64,000 nucleotides of DNA from Flavobacteriales bacterium (GTDB lineage Bacteria; Bacteroidota; Bacteroidia; Flavobacteriales_D; CAJJDF01), in the NCBI GenBank assembly GCA_965657945.1, contig CBFHPW010000001.1, forward strand, positions 2,948 through 66,947, in the 5' to 3' direction. Positions 9,573-19,512 of the stretch are shown in pieces (position 1 is the first letter of the stretch; the number at the start of each line of letters is the position of its first letter). The translations under genes were made by a program, and so were the position numbers. Under the pieces are notes generated by a model. The model made no database searches, had not been told where the DNA came from, and saw only the letters and a list, made by a program, of their open reading frames with translations.

Positions 9573-12242
9573 ATGGCAGAAGAGATAGAAGACATACATC
9601 CAGAAGAAAATAACCAAGAAGAGGGAGATAATTCAGGGCAGAATAACAATATCATTTCTGTGAGTGGAATGTACAAAGAGTGGTTTTTGGATTATGCTTC
9701 TTACGTAATTTTGGAAAGAGCCGTTCCTTCACTGGAGGATGGGCTGAAACCAGTTCAGCGAAGAATCCTTCATTCTATGAAAGAAATGGATGATGGACGA
9801 TACAACAAAGTAGCAAACATCATTGGAAACACAATGAAATATCATCCTCATGGGGATGCTTCTATTGGAGATGCGTTGGTGCAATTAGGTCAAAAAGAAT
9901 TGCTGATAGATATGCAGGGAAACTGGGGGAATACCCTCACAGGAGACCGTGCTGCGGCTGCTCGATACATCGAGGCTCGACTGTCGAAATTTGGATTAGA
10001 AGTAGTGTTTAATCCAAAAACTACAGAGTGGATCAAATCGTATGATGGCAGAAACAATGAGCCGGTAAATTTACCAGTAAAATTTCCATTGTTGTTGGCG
10101 CAAGGTGCCGAGGGAATTGCGGTAGGACTTTCTACCAAAATTCTTCCACATAATTTTATTGAATTGATAGATGCCTCGATTCGTGTACTTCAGGGGAAGA
10201 AAACGAATATTTTACCCGATTTCCTTAATGGAGGAATGGGAGACTTTTCTGACTACAACGAAGGAATGCGTGGTGGAAAAATAAGAGTGCGTGCAAAGAT
10301 TAGAAAAGAAGACGCAAAGACACTCGTTATTCATGAAATTCCGTTTGGGACGAATACATCTAACCTAATTGATTCCATCATAAAAGCCAATGACAAAGGG
10401 AAAATAAAAATTAAGAAAGTAGAAGATAATACTGCTGCAGAGGTAGAGATAGTTATTCATCTTCCTGCAGGGATTTCTCCAGATAAAACCATTGATGCCC
10501 TTTATGCATTTACCGATTGTGAAATCTCAATTTCACCCAATGCCTGTATCATCGAAAATAATGAGCCTAAATTCATTACCGTAAACGAAATGCTCAAAAA
10601 CAATACCGATGACACGGTAAGGTTGTTGAAAATGGAACTGGATATTAAGTTGGGCGAATTACAAGAGCAGTGGCACCATTCATCGCTTGAAAAAATATTT
10701 ATTGAGAACAAAATTTACATTGAGTTTGATGGAAAAACCTATGAAGAGGCTATTGAGGTAACTCATGAGTTGCTGAAACCACATATCAAGCATTTGGTAA
10801 GAGCTGTAACAGATGAAGACGTAGTAAGACTACTCGAAATAAAAATGAGAAGGATTACAAAACACGATGGGGATAAGGCAGATACCTATATTTTGTCGCT
10901 CGAAGATCAAATTGCAGAGGTCAAGAGTAAATTAGCTAATTTGATAGAGTACGCTATCGATTACTTTAAAAATTTAAAGAAAAAATACGGGGAAGGAAAA
11001 GAAAGAAGAACTGAGATTAGAACTTTTGACCAAGTAGATAAGGCAAAAGTGATTATTTCTAACAAAAAGCTTTATGTAAATAGAGAAGAGGGGTTTGTAG
11101 GAACTACCTTGAAAAAAGACGAGTTTGTGGAGGATTGTTCTGATATTGATGATATCATTGTATTCCGTAGAAACGGAATTATGATGGTGAGTAAGGCAGC
11201 TGATAAGCATTTCTTTGGAAAAGACATTATTCATGTTGCGGTTTGGAAAAAAGGGGATAAACGAACCATTTATCACATGATTTATCAGGATGGAACTACC
11301 GGTCCTGCTTACATGAAGAGATTTAATGTAACGAGCATTACTCGAGACAAAGAGTATGATTTAACAAAAGGAACAAAAGGGAGTAAAGTACATTATTTTA
11401 CTGCCAACCCAAATGGAGAGGCGGAAGTGGTTCAGGTGGCATTGCGACCTAGACCAACTATTAAAAAGCTAAAGTTTGAAATTGATTTTGGTGAATTGCT
11501 AGTAAAAGGAAGAGGAAGTAACGGAAACAGAGCTTCTAAATACTTGATTAGTAAGGTGACTCAAAAAGAACAAGGTGATTCTACACTTTCAGCCCGTAAG
11601 CTCTGGTATGACGATATTGTTCGTAAACTTAACGTGGAGGAAAGAGGGGAGTTTTTGGGAGAATTTAAAGGAGACGATCGAATTTTGGTGATTACCCAAG
11701 CCGGTGAATATAGGCTCTATCCTTTTGATTTGAATATACATTTTGCGGAGGACATGATTCATATAGAAAAATGGGAACCGGAGAGGCCAATGTCTGTGAT
11801 ATACTGGGATGGCGAAAAAGAAAATTACTACGTAAAGAGGTTTTTATTGGAAGACTCGAACAACCCAGTTGTGTTTATCACTGAACATCCCAAATCATTC
11901 CTTGAAATTGCCTCAACAGATTGGAAGCCACTAGTGAATCTAAAGTTTGATGGTAGAGCTAACAAACGAGATGATGAAGAAGTGTTGCTAGAGGAGTTTA
12001 TTGCCATAAAAGGACTAAAAGCGCTCGGGAATAGACTGACAAATTATAAGTTGAAATCCATTGATGTGCTGGATCCTATTCCTTATGTGCCAGAGCCAAG
12101 AGAAGAAATGGCTGAAGAAAAGGAGGAAGACAAAGAAGAAACAAAAACTGTAGCACCGAATAAAAACAATGAAAAAGAAGAACCAAAATCACCACCTCCG
12201 CCAAGTAGCATAGGAGATGATGGGCAAGCTTCTTTGTTCTAA
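9573..12242 (+). CDS. parC: DNA topoisomerase IV subunit A
   Basis: 889 aa. GyrA/ParC breakage-reunion domain (LKPVQRRIL, HPHGD, AARYIEARL catalytic Tyr context). C-terminal repeat region plus an acidic/Pro-rich tail. Partner parE lies at 235. Confidence 0.85.
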   Translation: MAEEIEDIHPEENNQEEGDNSGQNNNIISVSGMYKEWFLDYASYVILERAVPSLEDGLKPVQRRILHSMKEMDDGRYNKVANIIGNTMKYHPHGDASIGDALVQLGQKELLIDMQGNWGNTLTGDRAAAARYIEARLSKFGLEVVFNPKTTEWIKSYDGRNNEPVNLPVKFPLLLAQGAEGIAVGLSTKILPHNFIELIDASIRVLQGKKTNILPDFLNGGMGDFSDYNEGMRGGKIRVRAKIRKEDAKTLVIHEIPFGTNTSNLIDSIIKANDKGKIKIKKVEDNTAAEVEIVIHLPAGISPDKTIDALYAFTDCEISISPNACIIENNEPKFITVNEMLKNNTDDTVRLLKMELDIKLGELQEQWHHSSLEKIFIENKIYIEFDGKTYEEAIEVTHELLKPHIKHLVRAVTDEDVVRLLEIKMRRITKHDGDKADTYILSLEDQIAEVKSKLANLIEYAIDYFKNLKKKYGEGKERRTEIRTFDQVDKAKVIISNKKLYVNREEGFVGTTLKKDEFVEDCSDIDDIIVFRRNGIMMVSKAADKHFFGKDIIHVAVWKKGDKRTIYHMIYQDGTTGPAYMKRFNVTSITRDKEYDLTKGTKGSKVHYFTANPNGEAEVVQVALRPRPTIKKLKFEIDFGELLVKGRGSNGNRASKYLISKVTQKEQGDSTLSARKLWYDDIVRKLNVEERGEFLGEFKGDDRILVITQAGEYRLYPFDLNIHFAEDMIHIEKWEPERPMSVIYWDGEKENYYVKRFLLEDSNNPVVFITEHPKSFLEIASTDWKPLVNLKFDGRANKRDDEEVLLEEFIAIKGLKALGNRLTNYKLKSIDVLDPIPYVPEPREEMAEEKEEDKEETKTVAPNKNNEKEEPKSPPPPSSIGDDGQASLF

Positions 12243-12247
12243 ACTCT

Positions 12248-13075
12248 ATGAAATATTATCTAATTTTAATTCGGTATTCCCTTAACTTGCTATCGTTTGT
12301 TTTGCCAAAATATGCCGGAAAAAAAGCTATTTCTGTATTTTCTAAAGTGAGAAAAAAGGAGATCAAAAAAAAAGAGCAAGAATTTTTTGACCAATCACAC
12401 TCATTTATCGTCCCACGACCGGGAGAAGATATTTCTTGTTACGAATTAGGGAATCCAGATGGTAAACTGCTGTTTTTAGTCCATGGATGGGAGAGTAATC
12501 CTGGGTGTTTTACCCAGTTTTTGCCACATTTAAGCTCATATCGCATCATAGCTTTTACGTTGCCAAGCCATGCTCACAATAAGGAAACTCATACCAATAT
12601 GTACGAATGCAAAGATGCATTTAAACTGGTTCTGGATTTCATTTCGCCCAAAGAGGAATTTCATGTAGTAGCTCATTCACTGGGATCATCGGTTACGGCC
12701 TTTGCTTTGTCTGAAACAAATTATAAAGCAGATAAATTGGTGTTTCTTTCTGCTAATAATGACATAGTCCAGGTGTTTGAGGATTTTCAAAAGCTGTTAG
12801 GGTTTAATGATCGTGTATTTCGCTTGATAGCTGAGAGAATAGAACATATAGCTGGAGATAAACTTGAAGAAATGAAAGTAGAAGATAGATTGAGTAGAGT
12901 AAAATTCAACGAACTTTTGCTCATTCATGACAGATTCGACAAAATAATACCATTCGAAAAGTCAGAAACCTTGAGCAAGAAGTTTTCAAATTCTAAATTG
13001 ATTCCTTTCGAGAGAATAGGGCATTACAGAATGCTCTGGAATGATAAAGTATTAAAAGAAGTATTGGATTTTTAA
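12248..13075 (+). CDS. Alpha/beta-fold hydrolase
   Basis: 275 aa. LVHGWES oxyanion-type motif, nucleophile elbow AHSLGS, C-terminal His (IGHYRM). Confidence 0.7.
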   Translation: MKYYLILIRYSLNLLSFVLPKYAGKKAISVFSKVRKKEIKKKEQEFFDQSHSFIVPRPGEDISCYELGNPDGKLLFLVHGWESNPGCFTQFLPHLSSYRIIAFTLPSHAHNKETHTNMYECKDAFKLVLDFISPKEEFHVVAHSLGSSVTAFALSETNYKADKLVFLSANNDIVQVFEDFQKLLGFNDRVFRLIAERIEHIAGDKLEEMKVEDRLSRVKFNELLLIHDRFDKIIPFEKSETLSKKFSNSKLIPFERIGHYRMLWNDKVLKEVLDF

Positions 13076-13569
13076 GCCCAGAGAGAGTAGGGTAGCGAAA
13101 CCAATTGCGAATTAAAATAGCGAGAATCTTGCGTTACTTCTTCTCCAATCCAATCTGGTATTTCAAAAGATTCATCTTCTGATTTCAATTCGATTTCAGC
13201 AACTTCCAAGCCTTTGTTTTCCTGTTCAAAAACATCTACTTCCCAAATGTGGTCGGCATGATGCACAAGGTGCCTTGTTTTTGACAAAATTGGTGTGTCG
13301 CATAATTTGATAAGCTCTGTTGCTTCATTTACTGGAATCTCGTATTCAAATTCACTTCTTACACTTCCTGTCGATTTGCTTTTTATTGTTAAGTATCCCT
13401 TCTTATTGGTGATTCGTATTCTCACCGTTCGGTTTTTATCAGAGTTTAGATAACCCTGAATAATTTTGTTCTCAGTAAGAACGTCATTTCTCCACGAATC
13501 ATTTTTTAACAAGAATTTGCGCTCAATTTCTTTTGGCATACTTAGTTTAGTTTTTTTCTCGAACTTCAT
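13072..13569 (-). CDS. CYTH domain protein (triphosphate tunnel metalloenzyme family)
   Basis: 165 aa. N-terminal EIERKFL matches the ExExK CYTH signature. Size is typical of stand-alone CYTH proteins. Confidence 0.7.
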   Translation of the reverse strand: MKFEKKTKLSMPKEIERKFLLKNDSWRNDVLTENKIIQGYLNSDKNRTVRIRITNKKGYLTIKSKSTGSVRSEFEYEIPVNEATELIKLCDTPILSKTRHLVHHADHIWEVDVFEQENKGLEVAEIELKSEDESFEIPDWIGEEVTQDSRYFNSQLVSLPYSLWA

Positions 13570-13599
13570 CTACTCGCATTACAAACAGGAGTGATATAA

Positions 13600-14316
13600 T
13601 TATAGTATATCTAATATGTTTTCAATCTTAATTGGATTCACCGAATTAAACCCTTCTCCATATTTGCATCCAATGGTTCTCCCAAATTGCCTCGCTCGTC
13701 CATCCAAAAAGTCCATGAATTCCTGGCTAGAAATAGGAGTTTGGGGCTCCGTGCTCTCCGGGTTATAGAATTGAGAAGAATAGGCCAAAATAGACTTCAT
13801 TTTAGTTTCCATTTCTGAGGTAATGTCAATCACAAAATCAGGCTCAATGTATTCATCCTGAATGTAATGAAATACTTGTTTGGGCCTCCATTTTTCTTGG
13901 ATTTCCTCGTTTATCTTTGTTTTTATCTTGATTAATCCTGATAAAAACGCGGCTCTTTTTACCAATTCGGCACCTCTGCCATGATCCGGATGTCTGTCGT
14001 TTATGGCATTGCACAAAACAAGGTCTGGTTGGTATTTACGTATCATCTCAATTACTTTGATGAGCGAATTTTCATTGATTTCAAAAAAACCGTCACCCAA
14101 GTTGAGGTTTTCGCGTACAATATTTCCAATTATGTTAGTTGCTTTCTCAGCTTCTTGGTAGCGAATTTCTCTGCTTCCTCGTGATCCAAGCTCACCCTCT
14201 GTAAGGTCAATGATTCCTACTTTTTTTCCTTTTTTGATGTGCTTTATAAGCGTTCCGCTGCATGCAAGTTCAATATCGTCTGGGTGTGCCGCAAAGGCCA
14301 ATATATCTAATTTCAT
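13600..14316 (-). CDS. bshB1: Bacillithiol biosynthesis deacetylase BshB1 (LmbE/PIG-L family)
   Basis: 238 aa. AHPDDIE and HPDH zinc-site motifs of the LmbE/PIG-L fold. Size and sequence are typical of Bacteroidota BshB1. Confidence 0.7.
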   Translation of the reverse strand: MKLDILAFAAHPDDIELACSGTLIKHIKKGKKVGIIDLTEGELGSRGSREIRYQEAEKATNIIGNIVRENLNLGDGFFEINENSLIKVIEMIRKYQPDLVLCNAINDRHPDHGRGAELVKRAAFLSGLIKIKTKINEEIQEKWRPKQVFHYIQDEYIEPDFVIDITSEMETKMKSILAYSSQFYNPESTEPQTPISSQEFMDFLDGRARQFGRTIGCKYGEGFNSVNPIKIENILDIL

Positions 14317-14350
14317 AATGTAAAGGTAAGGTTTTGAATTAGAGAAAATG

Positions 14351-15214
14351 TTAGTCTATGTGAACAAGTTTGTTCTTCTTGACGAGGTAATAGGTTCCAA
14401 TAGAAATTAGACAATATCCCAAGAAAAAATAAAGTCCGGGTAAAGTTGTGCTTTCAGTTTGTATCCCTACATTGATGTTGTTAAACGACAAAAAGGCCAA
14501 AAAACTCGCTGCAACAAAAATATCGGCCATGCTGTATTTTCCCATGTAAGAAACTACTTTCAATAGGTTATAGTTTTGAGATAATTGTTTGGAAAACAAA
14601 AATGTATAAAACAAAATTAACTTAGAAAAAGGGAAGACAATACTGAACAGAAATATGGCAAGGCCTACGATCCAATTTCCATTGATAAACAAAGTTTGAA
14701 CGAGCTGGATCACTGTTTTACTTTGGTAAAAGAAATATATTTTTCCCTCAAAAGTTTTGGCAATTCCTATTCCTAGATCAATGTTGAGGTCTTCCATAAA
14801 AGCACCCAACTCTATAAAGGGAAGAAGTATTCCTGTCATTAGAAAGATGAGCGAACCATTTAGAACTACAAATCCTATTTGTGTTAAGGTGATTGTTTTT
14901 CTTTTGAAGAAATACCAAAATAAAAAAAAATAGAGAGTGATAAATCCGGCTAACCCAATGCAGAAATTGATTGCTGTTTGTTTAGCACGGTAAGCCTTTT
15001 TCCAAGTTTCTTTACTCTTTGCCTGTGTGGTTTTCCATTCGTTGCTGTTTAGGTAATCGGTTACATCAAGGAGACTAGACTGAAAGTTTAATTCGCTTGT
15101 GTAGGCCAATTTGTAACGCTGAAATTTGTTTGAATAGGTCCATGCTTGGTACATCAATATTCCTGAAAGAAAAAATACTAAGCAAGTACTGAGGTTGAAA
15201 ACACTTCTTTTCAT
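14351..15214 (-). CDS. Integral membrane protein, PqiA (paraquat-inducible protein A)-like
   Basis: 287 aa with about 6-7 hydrophobic helices. KYSMADIFVAASFLAFL resembles the conserved PqiA segment. The family is assigned from memory of that motif only. Confidence 0.4.
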   Translation of the reverse strand: MKRSVFNLSTCLVFFLSGILMYQAWTYSNKFQRYKLAYTSELNFQSSLLDVTDYLNSNEWKTTQAKSKETWKKAYRAKQTAINFCIGLAGFITLYFFLFWYFFKRKTITLTQIGFVVLNGSLIFLMTGILLPFIELGAFMEDLNIDLGIGIAKTFEGKIYFFYQSKTVIQLVQTLFINGNWIVGLAIFLFSIVFPFSKLILFYTFLFSKQLSQNYNLLKVVSYMGKYSMADIFVAASFLAFLSFNNINVGIQTESTTLPGLYFFLGYCLISIGTYYLVKKNKLVHID

Positions 15215-16263
15215 TAGTCAAGTGATGAGTTAATAGTTCCTTTTTCGGAAAGAAGAATCGCTACCTCTTTAGTTCCTTTTATTTTGGAGAAAATCAAAAT
15301 CATCATTACCGTAATTGGAACGGAAAGAATCATTCCAATTATTCCCCAAATAGCTCCCCAAACGCTCAAAGACAAGATGACAACCAGCGAACTGATGTTG
15401 AGCGAATTTCCCATCATTTTGGGTTCTAAAAAATTTCCTACCAAAACTTGAATCGCTCCCACAAAAATGATGACCAAAATAAAGGGTGTAAAATCTGTTC
15501 CGCCATACTGAACCAGAGCCATGACTGCTGGAAATAATGTGGCAATAAGAGAACCAATGGAAGGAATGAAGTTTAAAATAAAAATACAAGCTGCCCAGAA
15601 AAAGGCAAAATCGATGCCGATTAATTTTAGTGCGGCATAACTAGAAATAGCAGTAATCAAACTGAGTAATGTTTTAATAGACACATATTTACTAAGGGAT
15701 TTATCTATTTCAATTAATAAGTTGTTTACGTCATCAAATTCGTTCGGTTTTTCGTAAATAGCTTTGAGTTTATTTAGAAAACTAGTCTCTTCCATTAAGA
15801 TAAAAATGAGGTAGAGAAGTATCATAAAGGTGCTTGAAAACAGTTCTGAGAAAGAATCAAGCAAATTCTTTCCGATTGATGTTAAGTCTACATCGCCAAT
15901 AAAATTATTGATGTTTTCACCGATATTTAGTCCAAATTTTGATTCAATTTGAGTTGCTACTTTTTCTAGGTTTACTTGATATTTTGGAGCTTCGTTGTAG
16001 AGGTCCTGAATGTTGGATATGATAAGATTTGAGATGAGACCAATTACGAATAAAATCACTATGGAAGCAAGTGCTGTTTTTAAAGCTCGAGGCACCTTCG
16101 TTTTTATCCATTTCGCTTTGTCCATAAATTCGCGAATTTCCTTAATTATGAACCATAAAAATACTGCTAGAATGAGAGGGAGTATTATTCCTTTAGCTAT
16201 AATTAGTAAAGTAATAACGCAAAAAATAATAAAGAATATTAGTCCAATTTTTTGTAATTTCAT
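15214..16263 (-). CDS. AI-2E family transporter (PerM/UPF0118)
   Basis: 349 aa, 7-8 TM helices. The conserved C-terminal block GAIWGIIGMILSVPITV is typical of the family. Confidence 0.7.
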   Translation of the reverse strand: MKLQKIGLIFFIIFCVITLLIIAKGIILPLILAVFLWFIIKEIREFMDKAKWIKTKVPRALKTALASIVILFVIGLISNLIISNIQDLYNEAPKYQVNLEKVATQIESKFGLNIGENINNFIGDVDLTSIGKNLLDSFSELFSSTFMILLYLIFILMEETSFLNKLKAIYEKPNEFDDVNNLLIEIDKSLSKYVSIKTLLSLITAISSYAALKLIGIDFAFFWAACIFILNFIPSIGSLIATLFPAVMALVQYGGTDFTPFILVIIFVGAIQVLVGNFLEPKMMGNSLNISSLVVILSLSVWGAIWGIIGMILSVPITVMMILIFSKIKGTKEVAILLSEKGTINSSLD

Positions 16264-16333
16264 ACTTAATTTTTACAGTGTTTCTTAAAAGTACATAAGA
16301 TATCCTGTTTTACCATAAAAAATAGAATTCACC

Positions 16334-17524
16334 TTGAAAAAATTTGAAATTCCAGAAATATATAAAGCTTCTATAATTGGAGAAATAAAAGAAAAGCGGA
16401 AGTCTGAAGACAGAATGAAAAAAGATTTTACTCCTTCTATTTTGTCCTTTGATGGAGTTGAATTTGTTCTCGCCCGTCATTTTGGATTTTGCTACGGTGT
16501 TGAGAATGCCGTGGAAAAAGTATATAAGGTACTGGATGAGTTCCCTGAGAAGAATATTTATCTTTTAAGTCAGATGATTCATAACCCGACAGTAAATGAA
16601 GATTTATTGGACAGAGGAATTCGTTTTATTATGGATACAAAAGGAACTCAACTTATTTCCTGGGACGAGATTACTGCTGAGGACATTGTGTTGATTCCTG
16701 CCTTCGGGACTACCTTGGAGATAGAGGCTATCTTGAAAGAAAAAGGTATTGTATCTAAAGATTATGACACGACTTGCCCGTTTGTAGAAAAAGTATGGAA
16801 CAGATCAGAAAAACTAGGAGAAAAGGATTACACCATCATTATTCACGGAAAGGCGGCACACGAAGAAACTCGCGCGACATTTTCGCACAGTAGCGAAAAT
16901 GGAAAGTCTGTCATTGTGAAGGATATAAAAGAGGCTAAGCTTCTGGCTCAGTTTATCGATAAACAACTTCCTGCCGAAGATTTTTATTCGTTTTTTGAGG
17001 GGAAATACTCGCCTGGTTTTGATCCTTACACAGATTTGAACAAAGTGGGAGTAGTGAATCAAACTACTATGTTGGCCTCCGAGACTCATGAAATTTCTCA
17101 GTATTTTAAAGATAAGATGATTGAGCTGTTTGGCGAAGAAAACTTGAGTGAAAGATTTGCAGATACACGAGATACTTTGTGTTATGCTACCAATGACAAT
17201 CAAAAAGCAACCTTGGAGCTCATGAAAGAAGAAGGAGATTTTGCAGTCGTAGTAGGAGGTTATAATAGCTCCAATACTATGCATTTGGTGGAATTGCTAG
17301 AACAAAAGTACAATACTTTTTTTGTTCAAAACGCTGATAAAATAGAAAGTAAGAGTTGTATAAAACACTTTGATATTCATGCCAAAAAGGAGTACTCTAC
17401 TGACTTTATTAGTAAATTTAGTAAAGATAAATTGAGGATAATCGTTACGTGCGGAGCTTCATGCCCAGACAGTGTTTTGAATCAAGTGATAGAAAAAATA
17501 GTGTATGTTGTCAATCAAAAATAA
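16334..17524 (+). CDS. ispH: 4-hydroxy-3-methylbut-2-enyl diphosphate reductase, long form
   Basis: 396-aa ORF with a TTG start (alternative ATG at codon 28). First cluster Cys in FGFCYGVENAV. HGKAAHEETRAT and VVNQTT motifs. C-terminal TCGASCP. Confidence 0.85.
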   Translation: MKKFEIPEIYKASIIGEIKEKRKSEDRMKKDFTPSILSFDGVEFVLARHFGFCYGVENAVEKVYKVLDEFPEKNIYLLSQMIHNPTVNEDLLDRGIRFIMDTKGTQLISWDEITAEDIVLIPAFGTTLEIEAILKEKGIVSKDYDTTCPFVEKVWNRSEKLGEKDYTIIIHGKAAHEETRATFSHSSENGKSVIVKDIKEAKLLAQFIDKQLPAEDFYSFFEGKYSPGFDPYTDLNKVGVVNQTTMLASETHEISQYFKDKMIELFGEENLSERFADTRDTLCYATNDNQKATLELMKEEGDFAVVVGGYNSSNTMHLVELLEQKYNTFFVQNADKIESKSCIKHFDIHAKKEYSTDFISKFSKDKLRIIVTCGASCPDSVLNQVIEKIVYVVNQK

Positions 17525-18917
17525 AGGAGTTTTCGTTTCTTGTTTCTTGTTGTTTGTTATGAGTCTTTCTGCCAAGTCAGAATTGCAAGCCATTTTTAAC
17601 TACAAACAATTTCAAATACCAGGAAAAGGAATTTACATCGAGAATTATTTGTCTTTTGTCTCGTCTTCATTAAAATATCAAAATGCAGAGTCAGAGGTTT
17701 TGCAAGCCCGTATTCTGGTAACACAAATTTTAAAAAAGAATGATTCTATCATAGATTTTAAAAAGTACAATGTTTTAGGTCCTGAATTGTTGGACAGTGT
17801 GGCAGTTGATTTTAAGGATCAAAAGCGATTTTTCGTTTCACCAGGAGTTTATGAGTTAGAAATTGAATTGATTGATTTGAATAGTAAATCCAAAACACCT
17901 GTTCAGCTGAGTAAATTTCTTGTGATTCGTTCATTCGAATCTCAAACTACAGTATCTGACTTGGAGCTGGTAGATTATTTCAAGAATACCCAAGAAAAAA
18001 ATGAATTTTCAAAATCGGGTTATGATTTGTATCCCTTGATTTCAAATTACTTACCAACCGAGGTGTTTAAGCTTGCTTTCTATTTTGAAGTTTATAATCA
18101 AGACCCTGCAAGAAAAGTGTTAGTAAAGGAATACATTGAAACCCATTACGGGAACAAAATGTTGCCCAAATATATCAAGCGAAGTGTAAAAGAATTGAGA
18201 GGTGTAACACCGATTTTTCATGCATTTGATATTCAAAATCTTCCTACTGGAAATTACAATTTAGTGGTAGAGGTAAGGGATGAAAAAAACGAACTCGTTA
18301 CGAGTGAAAAAGTTTTTTTTCAACGTGTAAATACACAAGTAGTGGAACAAAAACAGGATACGGCAAAGCCTATTTCTTTGACGTACGATTTGCCTCAAGA
18401 TTCTTTAGATTATTTCTTGGAAGCTCTGGTTCCTATTGCCAATACGCTTGAATACAAAGTATTGACCGGAAGTAAGTCTAATTTAACGGATGAGGTGAAA
18501 GAGCAGTATTTTGTTAATTTTTGGCAAACAAGATATGGGGTGAATGCCATAAAGGAATGGGGAAAGTATAGAAGAAAAGTAGCAGAAGTAGAACAACTGT
18601 TTGGTAATTCTGTGAAGCCAGGTTACCTAACGGACATGGGAAGAGTTTATATCAAGTATGGCAAGCCAAACGACAAAGTAGAAAAACTGAACGAGCAAGG
18701 GACTTATCCCTATGTTATTTGGCATTATTATCAAACCCAAAATAGATCAAACGTGTTGTTCGTTTTCTATCACTCTTCGGCTGTAACACAAGATTTTGAG
18801 CTTATCCACTCAGATATGCCTGGAGAAATTACAAACCGTGATTGGAAGTATTTGCTCAATATGCGAGTAGGCGGTCAGGATAATCGAGTGGATGAAGACG
18901 CCCGAAGGATGAGATAA
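17505..18917 (+). CDS. GWxTD domain-containing secreted protein
   Basis: 470 aa with an N-terminal signal peptide. C-terminal PGYLTDMGRVYIKYGKPND matches the GWxTD domain core. The gene overlaps the ispH 3' end by 20 nt. Confidence 0.6.
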   Translation: MLSIKNKGVFVSCFLLFVMSLSAKSELQAIFNYKQFQIPGKGIYIENYLSFVSSSLKYQNAESEVLQARILVTQILKKNDSIIDFKKYNVLGPELLDSVAVDFKDQKRFFVSPGVYELEIELIDLNSKSKTPVQLSKFLVIRSFESQTTVSDLELVDYFKNTQEKNEFSKSGYDLYPLISNYLPTEVFKLAFYFEVYNQDPARKVLVKEYIETHYGNKMLPKYIKRSVKELRGVTPIFHAFDIQNLPTGNYNLVVEVRDEKNELVTSEKVFFQRVNTQVVEQKQDTAKPISLTYDLPQDSLDYFLEALVPIANTLEYKVLTGSKSNLTDEVKEQYFVNFWQTRYGVNAIKEWGKYRRKVAEVEQLFGNSVKPGYLTDMGRVYIKYGKPNDKVEKLNEQGTYPYVIWHYYQTQNRSNVLFVFYHSSAVTQDFELIHSDMPGEITNRDWKYLLNMRVGGQDNRVDEDARRMR

Positions 18918-19004
18918 AATACTTGACTTTCTCCGTAAGTTTTGTTACATTAAAAAGACAAGGGATTAATTATTTTTAATCAATAAAACAAACAGAAACA
19001 AGTT

Positions 19005-19472
19005 ATGAATAGAATAGGATTAGATAAAGAAAAGTCACAGAAAATTGCGGTAAAGTTAAATGAATTGTTAGCCAATTATTCCGTTTTTTACCAAAACACA
19101 AGAGGTTATCATTGGAACATCAAAGGCGAAAAGTTTTTTGAGCTTCACGTGAAGTTTGAAGAATTGTATAACGATTTGGTTTTAAAAATTGACGAGGTAG
19201 CTGAAAGGATCTTAACCCTAGCCCATACTCCCGAACACAGGTATTCGGTTTACATAAAATTGTCCAAAATACAAGAAAATACAGAGGTAAACAATGGCAT
19301 AAGTGCAGTAGAAAATATACTTGATTCATTCAAAACAATTATTATTCTTCAGAGAGATTTGTTAACCTTGTCGGATGAGGCTAATGATGAAGGTACCAAT
19401 GCCTTAATGAGCGACTACATTAGAGAACAAGAAAAGTTAGTTTGGATGTACTCTTCCTTCTTGAACAAATAG
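19005..19472 (+). CDS. dps: Dps family DNA-protection/ferritin-like protein
   Basis: 155 aa. The YHWNIKGEKFFELH ferroxidase-site context and overall four-helix pattern are typical of Dps. Confidence 0.85.
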   Translation: MNRIGLDKEKSQKIAVKLNELLANYSVFYQNTRGYHWNIKGEKFFELHVKFEELYNDLVLKIDEVAERILTLAHTPEHRYSVYIKLSKIQENTEVNNGISAVENILDSFKTIIILQRDLLTLSDEANDEGTNALMSDYIREQEKLVWMYSSFLNK

Positions 19473-19512
19473 TCAGAAAATTAAGAGAATAAATAGACAG
19501 AGCGAAAATTAC

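Noticed and set aside
16814-17284. 156-aa minus-strand ORF inside ispH. Similar antisense ORFs occur at 26708-27169 (secDF), 30143-30667 (DUF1573/nusB), 40154-40561 (gldF), 44506-44949 (HhH barrel) and 56470-56877 (pheT).
   Set aside because: Each is fully embedded antisense to a gene with strong family motifs. None has a recognisable domain, signal or plausible promoter context. I treated them all as shadow ORFs.
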